This document shows positions 25,801 to 35,379 of a stretch of 37,296 bases of DNA, in pieces; the stretch's first letter is position 1, and each line of letters opens with the position of its first letter. The stretch comes from Gammaproteobacteria bacterium (GTDB taxonomy: Bacteria > Pseudomonadota > Gammaproteobacteria > SZUA-229). The DNA is taken from the NCBI GenBank assembly GCA_041572275.1, contig JBFFSQ010000003.1:1-37296 (forward strand), written 5' to 3'. The notes under the pieces were generated by a model, which saw only the letters and a program-made list of their open reading frames with translations, did not search any database and was not told the origin of the DNA. The translations under genes were made by a program, and so were the position numbers.

Positions 25801-26499
25801 CTAGTGTCTGTCGTTCCAGCGATAGCCGAAGCCATAGACGGTTTCAATGGCATTAAACGCTGAGTCGATATTGGTGAATTTTTTACGTATGCGTTTGATG
25901 TGGGAGGTGATGGTGTTGTCATCCAGTACCACATTGGCGGCGTCCATGAGTTGCTGACGATTTTTTACATGGCCGGGGTGTTGTGCCAGAGCATGCAGGA
26001 GCCAGAATTCGGTGAGTGTAAGTGGTATCGCCTGTGTTTGCCAGGTCGCGGACATTCTGTCCATATCCATGCTGAGTTCACCTTGTGTCAGTGTGTTGGT
26101 TTGAGGTGTCGAGCGTTGCATGGCGTCAATGCGGCGTAATAGTGCAACGATACGGGCGACCAGATGAGGTAGGCTGATGTTTTTGGTTAAATAATCATCA
26201 GCGCCCAGGCGCAGGCCTGAAATGGCATCCAGTTCACTGTCCCGTGCAGTAAGGAAAATAATCGGTAATTGGGGTGCCATGGCGCGAAGATCGCGACAGA
26301 GTTCAAAGCCGCCTTCAATTTCATCTTCAAGTCCGACATCGATGATTGCCAGATCCGGCAGTTGTTTATTGAATGCCTGCATGGCGTCAGGCCGGTTGCT
26401 ATACAGGCTAACCTGATAACCATGATGTTGTAACACGTCGCGATAATTTTCGCGAATGGCGGGTTCATCTTCTACGATGGCAATGTGGTGACTCATCAA
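25801..26499 (-). CDS. pdsR: OmpR/PhoB-family response regulator of the sortase system
   Basis: 232 aa. Receiver domain (IAIVEDEP..., IIDVGL) plus a winged-helix output domain (...TVYGFGYRW). Confidence 0.88.
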   Translation of the reverse strand: MMSHHIAIVEDEPAIRENYRDVLQHHGYQVSLYSNRPDAMQAFNKQLPDLAIIDVGLEDEIEGGFELCRDLRAMAPQLPIIFLTARDSELDAISGLRLGADDYLTKNISLPHLVARIVALLRRIDAMQRSTPQTNTLTQGELSMDMDRMSATWQTQAIPLTLTEFWLLHALAQHPGHVKNRQQLMDAANVVLDDNTITSHIKRIRKKFTNIDSAFNAIETVYGFGYRWNDRH

Positions 26500-26680
26500 C
26501 CTGTCCTGTATCTGCTCTTGTGTCAGCTTCGATTATGTATGACTGAATGATAGCTGGATTCGGAGCAGAAATGTACGTTTGCCATAATTCATCATTATTG
26601 CACCTGACATTGCCATTTTTCACATCCGATATTGCCCGATTGTTTTGATTTACTGATCTAAAAGAAAGGGGAATCAGGCA

Positions 26681-28882
26681 ATGATCAGAACAAACTATCG
26701 TGCAGTAATTAAACGCAATCATAGCGGTGAGTGCCGGGTCGTTACACAAAGGCATTATCTATGGCAAGCATCTAGTCATCATGTATCACCACACTGGCGA
26801 TTGGTATCTGTAAGTAGTCAGCGCCACAGAAATTTTTTTCAGGGTCTGTTGTTGTTGATACTGCTGGGTCTGTTGCCCGGTATGGTATGGGCAAGTGAAA
26901 TCGCATTGCCGGCAGAGATTAAGGCCGGTAGTTTTTTTGTTCGTGGTGATTCAGGTGTAACGCAGGAAGCGTTACGCCTGAATAGTGAAGCAGACTTTAA
27001 TATCAGTGGCATGATTGCCCGTGTTCGTTTGCAGCAGCAGTTCAAAAATACTTCAGCTGAATGGATGGAAGGTGTCTACGTGTTTCCATTGCCGGAACAG
27101 GCGGCGGTGGATCGATTGAATATACAGGTGGGTGAACGACGTATCGAAGGTGTGATAAAAGAACGTGCCGAAGCAAAGGCCATGTATCAACGGGCGAAAA
27201 GCAGTGGTCAACGCACCGCACTGGTGGAACAGGAACGGCCTAATTTATTCACCACCTCGGTGGCAAATATTGCCCCGGGTGAAACGGTAGTGGTGGAGAT
27301 CAGCTACCAGCAAATGCTGCATTATCAACGAGGTCGTTTCAGTCTGCGTTTTCCAATGACACTGACGCCCCGTTATATACCGGGTGAACAGATAATTGAT
27401 GCTGATGAGCCGATCAGTATTAAAGGTTCAGGCTGGTCATTTAATACCGACCAGGTCAGGGATGCCAGTCGTATTACACCACCGGTTCGACTCAGTCATG
27501 AGACAGAGGACAGTCGTATGCGGATAAAGGTAACACTGGATGCTGGCATGGAGTTGAGTCGGATTAACAGTCTTTACCATGACATTGAGTTCAATCGTCA
27601 GGGTCAGGTCTATAGTGTCGAGCTGTTAAACGGTGCTGTAGCCATGGATCGAGATTTTGAACTGGTCTGGCAACCCGCGTTGGGGGCTGAACCCGAGGCG
27701 GCGTTGTTCAAGGAAACAATTGCCGGTGAGGATTATGCCCTGATTATGTTGATGCCGCCGGTGGCGGAGTCATTCCCGGTCGCACAGCAGTCACTGCCTC
27801 GCGAAGTGGTATTTATTATTGATACGTCCGGCTCGATGGCCGGTGTCTCCATGCAACAGGCCAGAGCCGCTCTGTTGATGGCCTTGAAAACACTGCAGCC
27901 CGTTGATCGTTTTAATATCATTGAGTTTAATTCAGTTACCCGGCGTCTATTCAGTCAGTCAGTGCAGGCTGATCAACAATCGCTAGATGTCGCTCAACGG
28001 TTTGTACAAAATCTGCGCGCCGATGGCGGCACCGAAATGAAACCGGCTATCGAGGCGGCACTGGATAGTGATGCGCTAGAGGGATATGTTCGGCAGGTGG
28101 TGTTCATGACCGATGGCAGTGTCGGCAATGAAACAGCACTGTTTGCTTTGATAGAAAATAAACTTCAACACAGTCGTTTATTTACAGTGGGTATAGGCTC
28201 GGCACCGAACAGTTATTTTATGCGTAAAGCGGCAGAGTTTGGTCGTGGTAGCTATACCTATATCCGTTCTCAGGATGAAGTATATGGCCGTATGCAGGCA
28301 CTGTTTGCGCAGCTGCAGTCACCGCAGTTGAGTCATATCCAGCTGAACTGGTCGGGGGAGTCGACCCCACAACTGTGGCCACAACGTTTGCCGGATCTAT
28401 ATCGTGACCAGCCTTTATTGATTAGTGCGAAACTCGACGTAGCCAATACCCATTTAACCGTCAGCGGCAGAATGGGTGGTCAGGTATGGCAACGCCGACT
28501 GGCACTTGATAGTCATCAGCAGCATAGTGGCGTTGCTGTGCTGTGGGCACGCAATCAGATTGCTGACTGGATGGATCAGGTTGTGAGAGGTGGTCAGCAG
28601 GCGAAGCTGCGACAGCAGATTGTTGACCTGGCCTTGAAGCATCAAATGGTGAGTAAGTATACCAGTCTGGTCGTTGTCGATCCGGTTCAAGCCAGAGCCA
28701 GGCATGAGGGCTTGAAAACGGCAGCTGTTGCCAACCGTTTACCCCTTGGTTCCCAGCAGCGTGTTCAAGGCTATGGTTTTCCACAAACTGCCACGGCATC
28801 TGAATTACAGTTACTACTGGGTTTTGGTTGCATTGCGCTAGCCATGATTCTAATACTATTCAGGGCACGATATGAAAAATGA
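26681..28882 (+). CDS. Sortase target protein with VIT and von Willebrand A domains
   Basis: VIT-like N-terminal region, vWA MIDAS FIIDTSGSM, and a C-terminal sorting signal FPQTAT + hydrophobic helix + RARYEK. The ATG at 26681 has an AGGGGA SD but adds about 40 basic residues before the signal-peptide-like segment. A TTG at 26801 is an alternative start. Confidence 0.88.
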   Translation: MIRTNYRAVIKRNHSGECRVVTQRHYLWQASSHHVSPHWRLVSVSSQRHRNFFQGLLLLILLGLLPGMVWASEIALPAEIKAGSFFVRGDSGVTQEALRLNSEADFNISGMIARVRLQQQFKNTSAEWMEGVYVFPLPEQAAVDRLNIQVGERRIEGVIKERAEAKAMYQRAKSSGQRTALVEQERPNLFTTSVANIAPGETVVVEISYQQMLHYQRGRFSLRFPMTLTPRYIPGEQIIDADEPISIKGSGWSFNTDQVRDASRITPPVRLSHETEDSRMRIKVTLDAGMELSRINSLYHDIEFNRQGQVYSVELLNGAVAMDRDFELVWQPALGAEPEAALFKETIAGEDYALIMLMPPVAESFPVAQQSLPREVVFIIDTSGSMAGVSMQQARAALLMALKTLQPVDRFNIIEFNSVTRRLFSQSVQADQQSLDVAQRFVQNLRADGGTEMKPAIEAALDSDALEGYVRQVVFMTDGSVGNETALFALIENKLQHSRLFTVGIGSAPNSYFMRKAAEFGRGSYTYIRSQDEVYGRMQALFAQLQSPQLSHIQLNWSGESTPQLWPQRLPDLYRDQPLLISAKLDVANTHLTVSGRMGGQVWQRRLALDSHQQHSGVAVLWARNQIADWMDQVVRGGQQAKLRQQIVDLALKHQMVSKYTSLVVVDPVQARARHEGLKTAAVANRLPLGSQQRVQGYGFPQTATASELQLLLGFGCIALAMILILFRARYEK

Positions 28883-29460
28883 ACAGCAGAAAACTGACCC
28901 TCAGCATTATCCTACTCTGTGCCATTTCTGCCTGGCAATTCGGCTCTGTGGCTTACCTGCATGTCAAAGCCCGGCTGGCACAGTACCTTGTCGCCGAGGC
29001 CTGGACAAAAGTAAAACAGGGCGAGGCAAAAGCTAAGCCCTGGCCCTGGGCAGACACCTGGCCGGTGGCGCAATTACGGGTACCGCGGTATCAGGTGGAG
29101 CAATGGGTGTTGGCCGGTGCCAGCGGTCGTACCCTGGCGTTTGGGCCTGGCTGGATGAAGGCCAGTGCAGAGCTCGGCAGCGCCGGTGTGGTGGTATTGG
29201 CGGGGCATCGAGATACGCACTTTGGGTTTCTGGCAGAGCTGGCTATTGGTGATGTTATTGAAATAGATGCAGTGAATGGCCCTATGCAATATCAGGTTGA
29301 TAGCATGGATGTAGTTGATAGTACTGTGTATCAGTTATCATTGCACGCCACAGAGTCGATGCTGGTGTTGATTACCTGTTATCCCTTTGATGGCATTGAT
29401 CCAGGTACGCCCTTGCGGTACGTTGTGTCGGCATCAAGAATATTGGAGACAAATACGTGA
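28879..29460 (+). CDS. Gram-negative (class 6/GN) sortase
   Basis: 193 aa. N-terminal TM anchor, catalytic His in LAGHRDTHF, Cys in LVLITCYPF and Arg in PLRYVV. Its start overlaps the target gene stop (ATGA). Confidence 0.9.
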   Translation: MNSRKLTLSIILLCAISAWQFGSVAYLHVKARLAQYLVAEAWTKVKQGEAKAKPWPWADTWPVAQLRVPRYQVEQWVLAGASGRTLAFGPGWMKASAELGSAGVVVLAGHRDTHFGFLAELAIGDVIEIDAVNGPMQYQVDSMDVVDSTVYQLSLHATESMLVLITCYPFDGIDPGTPLRYVVSASRILETNT

Positions 29461-30341
29461 CTGTCAGTAGTCATCGGATATACATCGTCGGTTGTGGTTA
29501 TATGGGGTTGCAAATTGCTGGCCGTATCAAATCACGACAACAGGTCATCGGCATTGTGCGCAGCGAACAGAGTAAATATTCATGCATAAAAAAAGGCATC
29601 GATTGTATTCGCCTGGATTTAGATCAGCTCGAAGATGTGACTGAACATGCTATCGATGTGGAGCAGCACAGTATTCTTTATCTGGCACCTCCGCCAAAAC
29701 AGGGCGAGAAGGATACCCGCCTGCAACATTTTTTACAGGCGTTAGGCTCGCAGCGACCGAAAAAAATTGTCCTGATTAGCACCACCGGTGTTTATGGTAA
29801 TTGTGAAGGCCGCTGGGTCGATGAGAATACACCGGTTAATCCTCAGGTTGATCGAGCAAAGCGTCGACTGGATGCAGAGCAACAATTACAAAGCTGGTGT
29901 CAAAGACATCAGGTGTCCTGTGTGATCCTGCGTGTGCCGGGTATTTATGGTCCGGGCAAGTTGCCTTTGAAACGGATTAGTAGTGGTGAGCCCATTGTCA
30001 GACAGGAAGATTCTCCCTATAGCAACCGCATTCATGCTTATGACCTGGCCAGTATCTGTATTCAGGCTGTTGTGGATGAGACGATTACCGGTATTTATAA
30101 TTGTGCCGATGGCCATCCATCAACCATGTATGACTATTTTATGAATGTGGCTGAGGCGACAGGGTTGCCGGCTCCCGAAGCAATCAGTTTACAGCAGGCC
30201 AGTACGCGTTTGTCTAAAGGCATGTTGTCCTATATGGCTGAGTCACGACGGATAGGCAATGAAAAATTACGTCGTGACTTCAAACTCGAATTACGCTATC
30301 CGGATTTGAAAGCGGGGCTGGCCGATATTTCGCAAGCTTAG
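29457..30341 (+). CDS. NAD(P)-binding SDR / epimerase-dehydratase-like protein
   Basis: 294 aa. N-terminal Rossmann IYIVGCGYMG. The GTG start overlaps the sortase TGA by 2 nt (29457-29460). No later start would keep the Rossmann motif. Confidence 0.75.
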   Translation: MTVSSHRIYIVGCGYMGLQIAGRIKSRQQVIGIVRSEQSKYSCIKKGIDCIRLDLDQLEDVTEHAIDVEQHSILYLAPPPKQGEKDTRLQHFLQALGSQRPKKIVLISTTGVYGNCEGRWVDENTPVNPQVDRAKRRLDAEQQLQSWCQRHQVSCVILRVPGIYGPGKLPLKRISSGEPIVRQEDSPYSNRIHAYDLASICIQAVVDETITGIYNCADGHPSTMYDYFMNVAEATGLPAPEAISLQQASTRLSKGMLSYMAESRRIGNEKLRRDFKLELRYPDLKAGLADISQA

Positions 30342-30378
30342 TTTTTTGTCCGCACTACGATGACAGGAATACGACACC

Positions 30379-30654
30379 ATGAGTGAAATCAAAATTGAAC
30401 GTCAACCGACACCGCAACGATTACAGGAGCTGGGAATCACAGACTGGTCTATCTGGACCAAGGAGGCTTCTGAATTTCCCTGGTATTATGATGCAGAAGA
30501 AATATGTTACTTTCTTGAAGGTGATGTCATTGTGACGCCGGAACAAGGTCAGGCAGTGTCAATGGGTGTGGGTGATCTGGTGACGTTTCCCAAGGGCATG
30601 TCATGCCACTGGTTAATTAAGCAAGCGGTAAAAAAACACTATCGTTTTAGTTAA
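30379..30654 (+). CDS. Small cupin (DUF861 / cupin_3-like)
   Basis: 91 aa. ...EICYFLEGDVIVTPEQGQAVSMGVGDLVTFPKGMSCHW... is typical of the single-barrel DUF861 cupins. Confidence 0.75.
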   Translation: MSEIKIERQPTPQRLQELGITDWSIWTKEASEFPWYYDAEEICYFLEGDVIVTPEQGQAVSMGVGDLVTFPKGMSCHWLIKQAVKKHYRFS

Positions 30655-31228
30655 AGCTGTTGCGACGTGTATGAGGGATATGCGCTTTCAAGAAATCCAT
30701 CTGGTCGACAAGAATGCGACGATTCGACAGGATCATTGCTTCGGCGTGATTGGGGGCATAGGGTAAAGCCAGTAAAGGCATATGAGCTTCACTGGGTGTG
30801 CGACAGGCTTTTGAAACATTACAGGCTTTACAGGCCGTCACCACATTATTCCAGTTATCCTTGCCCCCTTTGGCTCGAGGTTTGACATGGTCACGGGTCA
30901 ATAAGGCTGTTTTAAAACGATTGCCACAATACATGCAGGTATGGTGGTCGCGATTAAACAGGGCACGATTGGTCAGTGTCGGCGTTGCAAATTTATATTT
31001 ACTGGCATTGGCTCCACGTATGGCGATGATGGTGTTGAGGTCGATAAACGAGCGTCGTCCAGTGAGTTGACTGGTGCCACCATAAATACGAATGGTGGTT
31101 TCGCTGGCTGTCCAGGCGATCTGTTGACGAACATATAAATTAACCACGTCTTGCCAGTGTAGCCAGTCGATGGGAATGCCGGCATGATCCAGGGTCAGGA
31201 TTAAAGGCGTTAGCTGCGACTGCGGCAT
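30647..31228 (-). CDS. HNH endonuclease family protein
   Basis: CMYCG...DHVKPRAKGGKDNWNNVVTACKACN (HNH with a CxxC...CxxC zinc site). The ATG at 31228 has a GGAGGA SD 5 nt upstream; the track start at 31261 is an extension. Confidence 0.85.
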   Translation of the reverse strand: MPQSQLTPLILTLDHAGIPIDWLHWQDVVNLYVRQQIAWTASETTIRIYGGTSQLTGRRSFIDLNTIIAIRGANASKYKFATPTLTNRALFNRDHHTCMYCGNRFKTALLTRDHVKPRAKGGKDNWNNVVTACKACNVSKACRTPSEAHMPLLALPYAPNHAEAMILSNRRILVDQMDFLKAHIPHTRRNSFN

Positions 31229-31401
31229 GCGTTCCTCCAATGACGTTAAGTTCGCTAACACAAAGGGTGCCTGTTATTCAGTATAATCGCTACCCCTCGA
31301 AATACCAGTTTACAAGCTAAGCAATAGCCATGAATGCGATGGTATCGACAGTTTTTAATGCCATGTATTTTTAACGTTGAATGAAAACGTTTTTATGAAG
31401 T

Positions 31402-32775
31402 CTAAGTGACAACTTTGTAACAGGGAGTATATTTTTTGCCCGGTAGCTTCATTCGATGTTGCTGGACAAATGATTCCAGCAGTTCATCCAGTGGCTGTAA
31501 AATGGACTTGTCACCCCGAATTTCAAAGTTACCGTGTTCTTCAATCGAACGAATGCCATCAGCCTTCACATTTCCTGCCACTATGCCAGAGAATGCACGT
31601 CTTAAATTCGCGGCCAGTAAATGGTTATCCTGGTCCTTGTGCAGCTCCAGTTTTGACATGTTTTCATGACTGGGAATAAAGGGTTTCTGGAATTCATTTT
31701 CAATGGTCAGGATCCAGTTGTAATAATAAGCGTCAGAGTTACTCTTCCTGAAGTCCATGACTTTATTCATGCCAGCCTTCATTTCGCGGGCAACCAGGGC
31801 CGGGTCATCGATAATGATTTTGTATTTTTGCTGGGCTTCAAAACCCAGTGTTTGTTCTATGAAATGATGGATCTGTCTGAAATATGCCTCACTGCTTTTT
31901 GGACCGGTAAAAATTAGTGGAAAGGGAATTTCGGCATTATCCGGGTGTAACAGTATGCCGAGTATATAGAGGATTTCTTCTGCTGTACCCGCACCACCTG
32001 GGAACACGACAATACCATGGCCAGAGCGAACGAAGCCTTCCAGTCGTTTTTCGATATCCGGCATGATGACCAGGTCGTTAACAATCGGGTTGGGTGATTC
32101 AGCTGCAATAATGCCGGGCTCAGACATGCCAATGTAGCGACCATCATAGATGCGTTGTTTGTTATGGCCAATGGTGGCGCCTTTCATTGGGCCTTTCATG
32201 GCTCCAGGGCCGCAGCCAGTGCAGATGTTTAAGCCGCGTAGGCCAAGTTCGTGGCCAACTTCCTTGGTGTAATCATATTCGACCCGGCTGATGGAGTGCC
32301 CGCCCCAGCAGACCACCAGGTCAGGTTCGCGGTTTGTTTTCAAAATATTGGCATTACGTAAAATGTGGAAAACTGCGTTGGTGATGCCATGCTGGCTGTT
32401 GAGGTCAAAATTGCCGCTCAGCTCAACCACGTTTTTCGCATAAACAATATCGCGCAGTACGGTGAACAAATGTTCCTGTATGCCGGTAATCATTTCACCA
32501 TCAACGAATGCACTGGCTGGTGGGTTAGAGACTTCCAGTTTGACGCCGCGTTCCTGTTCAATAACACGAATGTCAAAATCCTTGTAGGCTTCCAGAACTT
32601 CCCGGGCATCATCAACCTGGCTGCCAACATTCAATACTGCCAGTGAACAACGACGGAATATATCGTAACAGCCGCCCACCTCGCTGGCCTGTTTGAGCTG
32701 ATTTACTTCCTGTTGTGAGAGAATATCTAGACGGCCTTTGGGTGTGATACGAAATGAAGTATTGTGTTTGTTCAT
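31402..32775 (-). CDS. ppnN: Nucleotide 5'-monophosphate nucleosidase PpnN (YgdH, LOG-family)
   Basis: 457 aa, near-colinear with E. coli PpnN as I remember it (CSLAVLN, VVCWGGHSI, NICTGCGPGAMKGPMKGA, PGGAGTAEE, RRAFSGIVAGNVK, HRMKLPG). Confidence 0.92.
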   Translation of the reverse strand: MNKHNTSFRITPKGRLDILSQQEVNQLKQASEVGGCYDIFRRCSLAVLNVGSQVDDAREVLEAYKDFDIRVIEQERGVKLEVSNPPASAFVDGEMITGIQEHLFTVLRDIVYAKNVVELSGNFDLNSQHGITNAVFHILRNANILKTNREPDLVVCWGGHSISRVEYDYTKEVGHELGLRGLNICTGCGPGAMKGPMKGATIGHNKQRIYDGRYIGMSEPGIIAAESPNPIVNDLVIMPDIEKRLEGFVRSGHGIVVFPGGAGTAEEILYILGILLHPDNAEIPFPLIFTGPKSSEAYFRQIHHFIEQTLGFEAQQKYKIIIDDPALVAREMKAGMNKVMDFRKSNSDAYYYNWILTIENEFQKPFIPSHENMSKLELHKDQDNHLLAANLRRAFSGIVAGNVKADGIRSIEEHGNFEIRGDKSILQPLDELLESFVQQHRMKLPGKKYTPCYKVVT

Positions 32776-32989
32776 GGACCTTTACTTTATAGTTATGATG
32801 TCAGGCATCTCTGATTGATAGTTATCAGGGATATTTTAATTTTATAATATTTACTTAGGCAGATGCTGTCTTATAATTAATTATGTTCAGCTTTTATTGC
32901 TTTTGCACAAAAAAACATGTTTTTATGCGCTATAAGGCTGAAATACAGGTGTAATGTGACAGACATTGGATCAATTTAAAGGGTGTGTA

Positions 32990-33532
32990 ATGGCTGACGA
33001 ACTGTTTGAAGTGGCGTTTAGTGGTGGTATCGCTGATGGTGCGGACCCGGCACAGGTGAGAGCAAGCATTGGTAAAATGTTCAAAGCAGATAATGCCAAG
33101 CTTGAGCAATTGTTTTCAGGAAAACGCGTTGTCATTAAAAAAAATATCGACCAGCAGACAGCCATGAAATACCAGACAGCAATGAGTCGAGCAGGTGCTG
33201 TCTGTGAAATAAAGAACCTGTCCACACCAGAACCTGTTGCGTCTCCGACTACAGAGACAGCATCAGCACCAGCGCGGGTAGCCGTTGATCATGATGTGCC
33301 GCCAGCGCCGGAAACGGAACCCTTGCATATTACAGGTGATCAAATTGCCGACCTGGCTGCGACGCTGGCGCCTGTAGGTAGTGATGTTCAGGATGCCAGG
33401 CAGGCGATTCCTGAGCCCCAGCTTGATTTGTCCGGGCTTGATATGGCTCCAGTAGGGGCAGATCTGGTTGATCCGGTTGAGAGAAAAGTGCCGCCACCGC
33501 CCAATACCGATGGCCTGAGTTTGAAAGATTGA
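32990..33532 (+). CDS. Hypothetical protein: about 80-aa folded N-domain plus a Pro/Ala/Glu-rich low-complexity tail
   Basis: I prefer the ATG at 32990 (MADELFEV...) to the TTG at 32966. No motif recognised. Confidence 0.55.
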   Translation: MADELFEVAFSGGIADGADPAQVRASIGKMFKADNAKLEQLFSGKRVVIKKNIDQQTAMKYQTAMSRAGAVCEIKNLSTPEPVASPTTETASAPARVAVDHDVPPAPETEPLHITGDQIADLAATLAPVGSDVQDARQAIPEPQLDLSGLDMAPVGADLVDPVERKVPPPPNTDGLSLKD

Positions 33533-33623
33533 TACATGTCATGATAGTGATTTAACGAGTGGCGTTATTGCCATTCCTGAACTAATAGTATGAATATCAG
33601 TCTGAGTTTTTATTCACCTTAAT

Positions 33624-34022
33624 ATGAGCACCAGTATGACAGTTAATGGTTTCAGCCAAGCCCGGATTAGACGCATTGGACGTGTGCTCCTGGCTGTGTT
33701 TATGCTGTCGTGGTTGAATTTGGCATTTCAGGTGCCTGTGCATGCTGCCATGGTTGAGTCGCAGTCATTGTCGCAGGAAATGGTGATGAACTGTCAATGT
33801 CCACCTTCCTTAAATGAAGCCGTGCTGTCGGCAGAGAACCAGTCGCTTGATGGCGTGCAGCTTATTAGTTTAAGTGTGCTGACTTTTCAGGCAGTGTTTT
33901 CAGATACAATAGACTCCTCACTGGTTGATCATCAGTTGATGCAGAAAGCCCTGCATTCAGACCAGACCTTTCGTGATACACGTCCACCCCCTCTCCTGTT
34001 AAATACCCGATTACTTATCTAA
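33624..34022 (+). CDS. Hypothetical exported protein upstream of the cus operon
   Basis: 132 aa. Arg-rich N-region plus a hydrophobic segment ending VHA (signal-peptide-like), then a Met-rich stretch with CQC (MVESQSLSQEMVMNCQC). No SD seen. Confidence 0.45.
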   Translation: MSTSMTVNGFSQARIRRIGRVLLAVFMLSWLNLAFQVPVHAAMVESQSLSQEMVMNCQCPPSLNEAVLSAENQSLDGVQLISLSVLTFQAVFSDTIDSSLVDHQLMQKALHSDQTFRDTRPPPLLLNTRLLI

Positions 34023-34107
34023 GAGTTTCTTCCAAAGCTGTGTCCTCTTGAGGACGTTTGACTGCGTGCATGTTTGCACGCCTATGTAATTGCTGAGGAA
34101 GTTGGGT

Positions 34108-35379
34108 ATGAACCCCAGAATATTGATTAAATGTGTATGGTTGTCGGTTGCTTTGCATCCGGGAATGTTAATGGCTGACACAGGTTTAAGTCTGTCTGCA
34201 GCTGAACAGCTGGCCCTGCAGCAGGATTCCCTGATTCAGGGTTATTCTGAAAGCGCGGAAGCCCTTGATGAGCAGGCAGTGGCGGCCGGACAGTGGCCGG
34301 ACCCAAAACTTAAGTTTGGGTTTCTATCTTTACCAACAGATACCTTTGAGCTTGATCAGGAGCCAATGACGCAGGTGATTCTAGGTTATAACCAGATGTT
34401 ACCTCGTGGAGACAGTCTTGATGTGAGCACCCGCAAAATGCAGGCAGGTGCCAGGATGCAGCGTGCTGATCTGGAGTTACGTAAACGTGAAGTATTACTG
34501 AAGGTACGTAAAGCCTGGTGGATGGTGTATTTGCAGGAGCAGACCGGTGTCATTGTTGAGCAGACACGAGCCCTGTTTGAGCAGCAACGGCGAGTCAGTG
34601 AGTCGCTCTATGCGGCTGGCCGCAAACAACAGCAGGATGTCTTGCAGGCAGAGTTGGAATTGTCATTGCTGGATGATCGTTTACAGCAGAACGATGCGAT
34701 GCAGCAAGAAAGTCGGGTGGTTCTGGCTCAATGGTTGGGTAGTCAGGCAGCGAGCCGTCAGCTGCATCTATCTGAGTCAGTATTCAGCGTGCAGCTTGGA
34801 CCAACGATCGATGTACTGGTTGAGGCGTTGGATACACATCCGATGCTAACAAAGCGGAATGAAAAGATTGTGGTCAGTCAACAGGATATTGAACTGGCAC
34901 GTCAGAAATATAAGTCACAGTGGGGTTTTGATCTGACCTACGGCAAGCGCTCTGGTCAGAACATGGATGGCAGTGATCGTGCAGATTTTTTCAGTGCCAT
35001 GGTTAGTCTTGATCTGCCGGTCTTCACTGAAGATCGCCAGGATCGTGTGCTGTCTGCACGCAAAAAACAGTTGCAGGTTAGTCGCTATGAAAAGCAGGAT
35101 CAGCGGTTGAAGCTGGTCTCTCAGTTAAAGCAAAAACATGTGCGTTGGCAACAGCTCAAGCAACGAATGCAACTCTATGATCATGAGGTGTTACCTCGGG
35201 CCAGGCAAAATTCGAAAGCAGCACTTAATGGTTATCAGTCAGGTGTGGTGACATTTAATGCTTTAACACGTGCACGTAGCGCTGAACTCAAGGCCGCCTT
35301 GCAACGTTTACAGCTGGCGGTTGATCAGGCCATAGCTTATGCCGAAATCCGGTATCTTATTGGGGAAGATGTGAAATGA
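34108..35379 (+). CDS. TolC-family outer-membrane efflux protein (CusC/CzcC-like)
   Basis: About 423 aa. Signal-like N-terminus and long coiled-coil-rich repeats typical of OMF proteins. It is followed by adaptor and RND genes. The ATG at 34108 has a GAGGAA SD 7 nt upstream. Confidence 0.85.
   Translation: MNPRILIKCVWLSVALHPGMLMADTGLSLSAAEQLALQQDSLIQGYSESAEALDEQAVAAGQWPDPKLKFGFLSLPTDTFELDQEPMTQVILGYNQMLPRGDSLDVSTRKMQAGARMQRADLELRKREVLLKVRKAWWMVYLQEQTGVIVEQTRALFEQQRRVSESLYAAGRKQQQDVLQAELELSLLDDRLQQNDAMQQESRVVLAQWLGSQAASRQLHLSESVFSVQLGPTIDVLVEALDTHPMLTKRNEKIVVSQQDIELARQKYKSQWGFDLTYGKRSGQNMDGSDRADFFSAMVSLDLPVFTEDRQDRVLSARKKQLQVSRYEKQDQRLKLVSQLKQKHVRWQQLKQRMQLYDHEVLPRARQNSKAALNGYQSGVVTFNALTRARSAELKAALQRLQLAVDQAIAYAEIRYLIGEDVK

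Noticed and set aside
26596-26642. ATTGC repeated at 26596, 26608 and 26630 (plus ATTGT at 26638) in the pdsR/target spacer, considered as a PdsR operator
   Set aside because: Only a 5-mer is shared, the spacing is irregular (12, 22, 8), and the flanks are not conserved. This is too weak to call without comparative data.
31373-31395. AACGTT-gaatgaa-AACGTT hairpin followed by a T-run on the plus strand, near the ppnN stop
   Set aside because: It has terminator polarity only on the plus strand, where there is no upstream gene to terminate. On the minus strand, the ppnN direction, it is followed by an A-run. The stem is only 6 bp.
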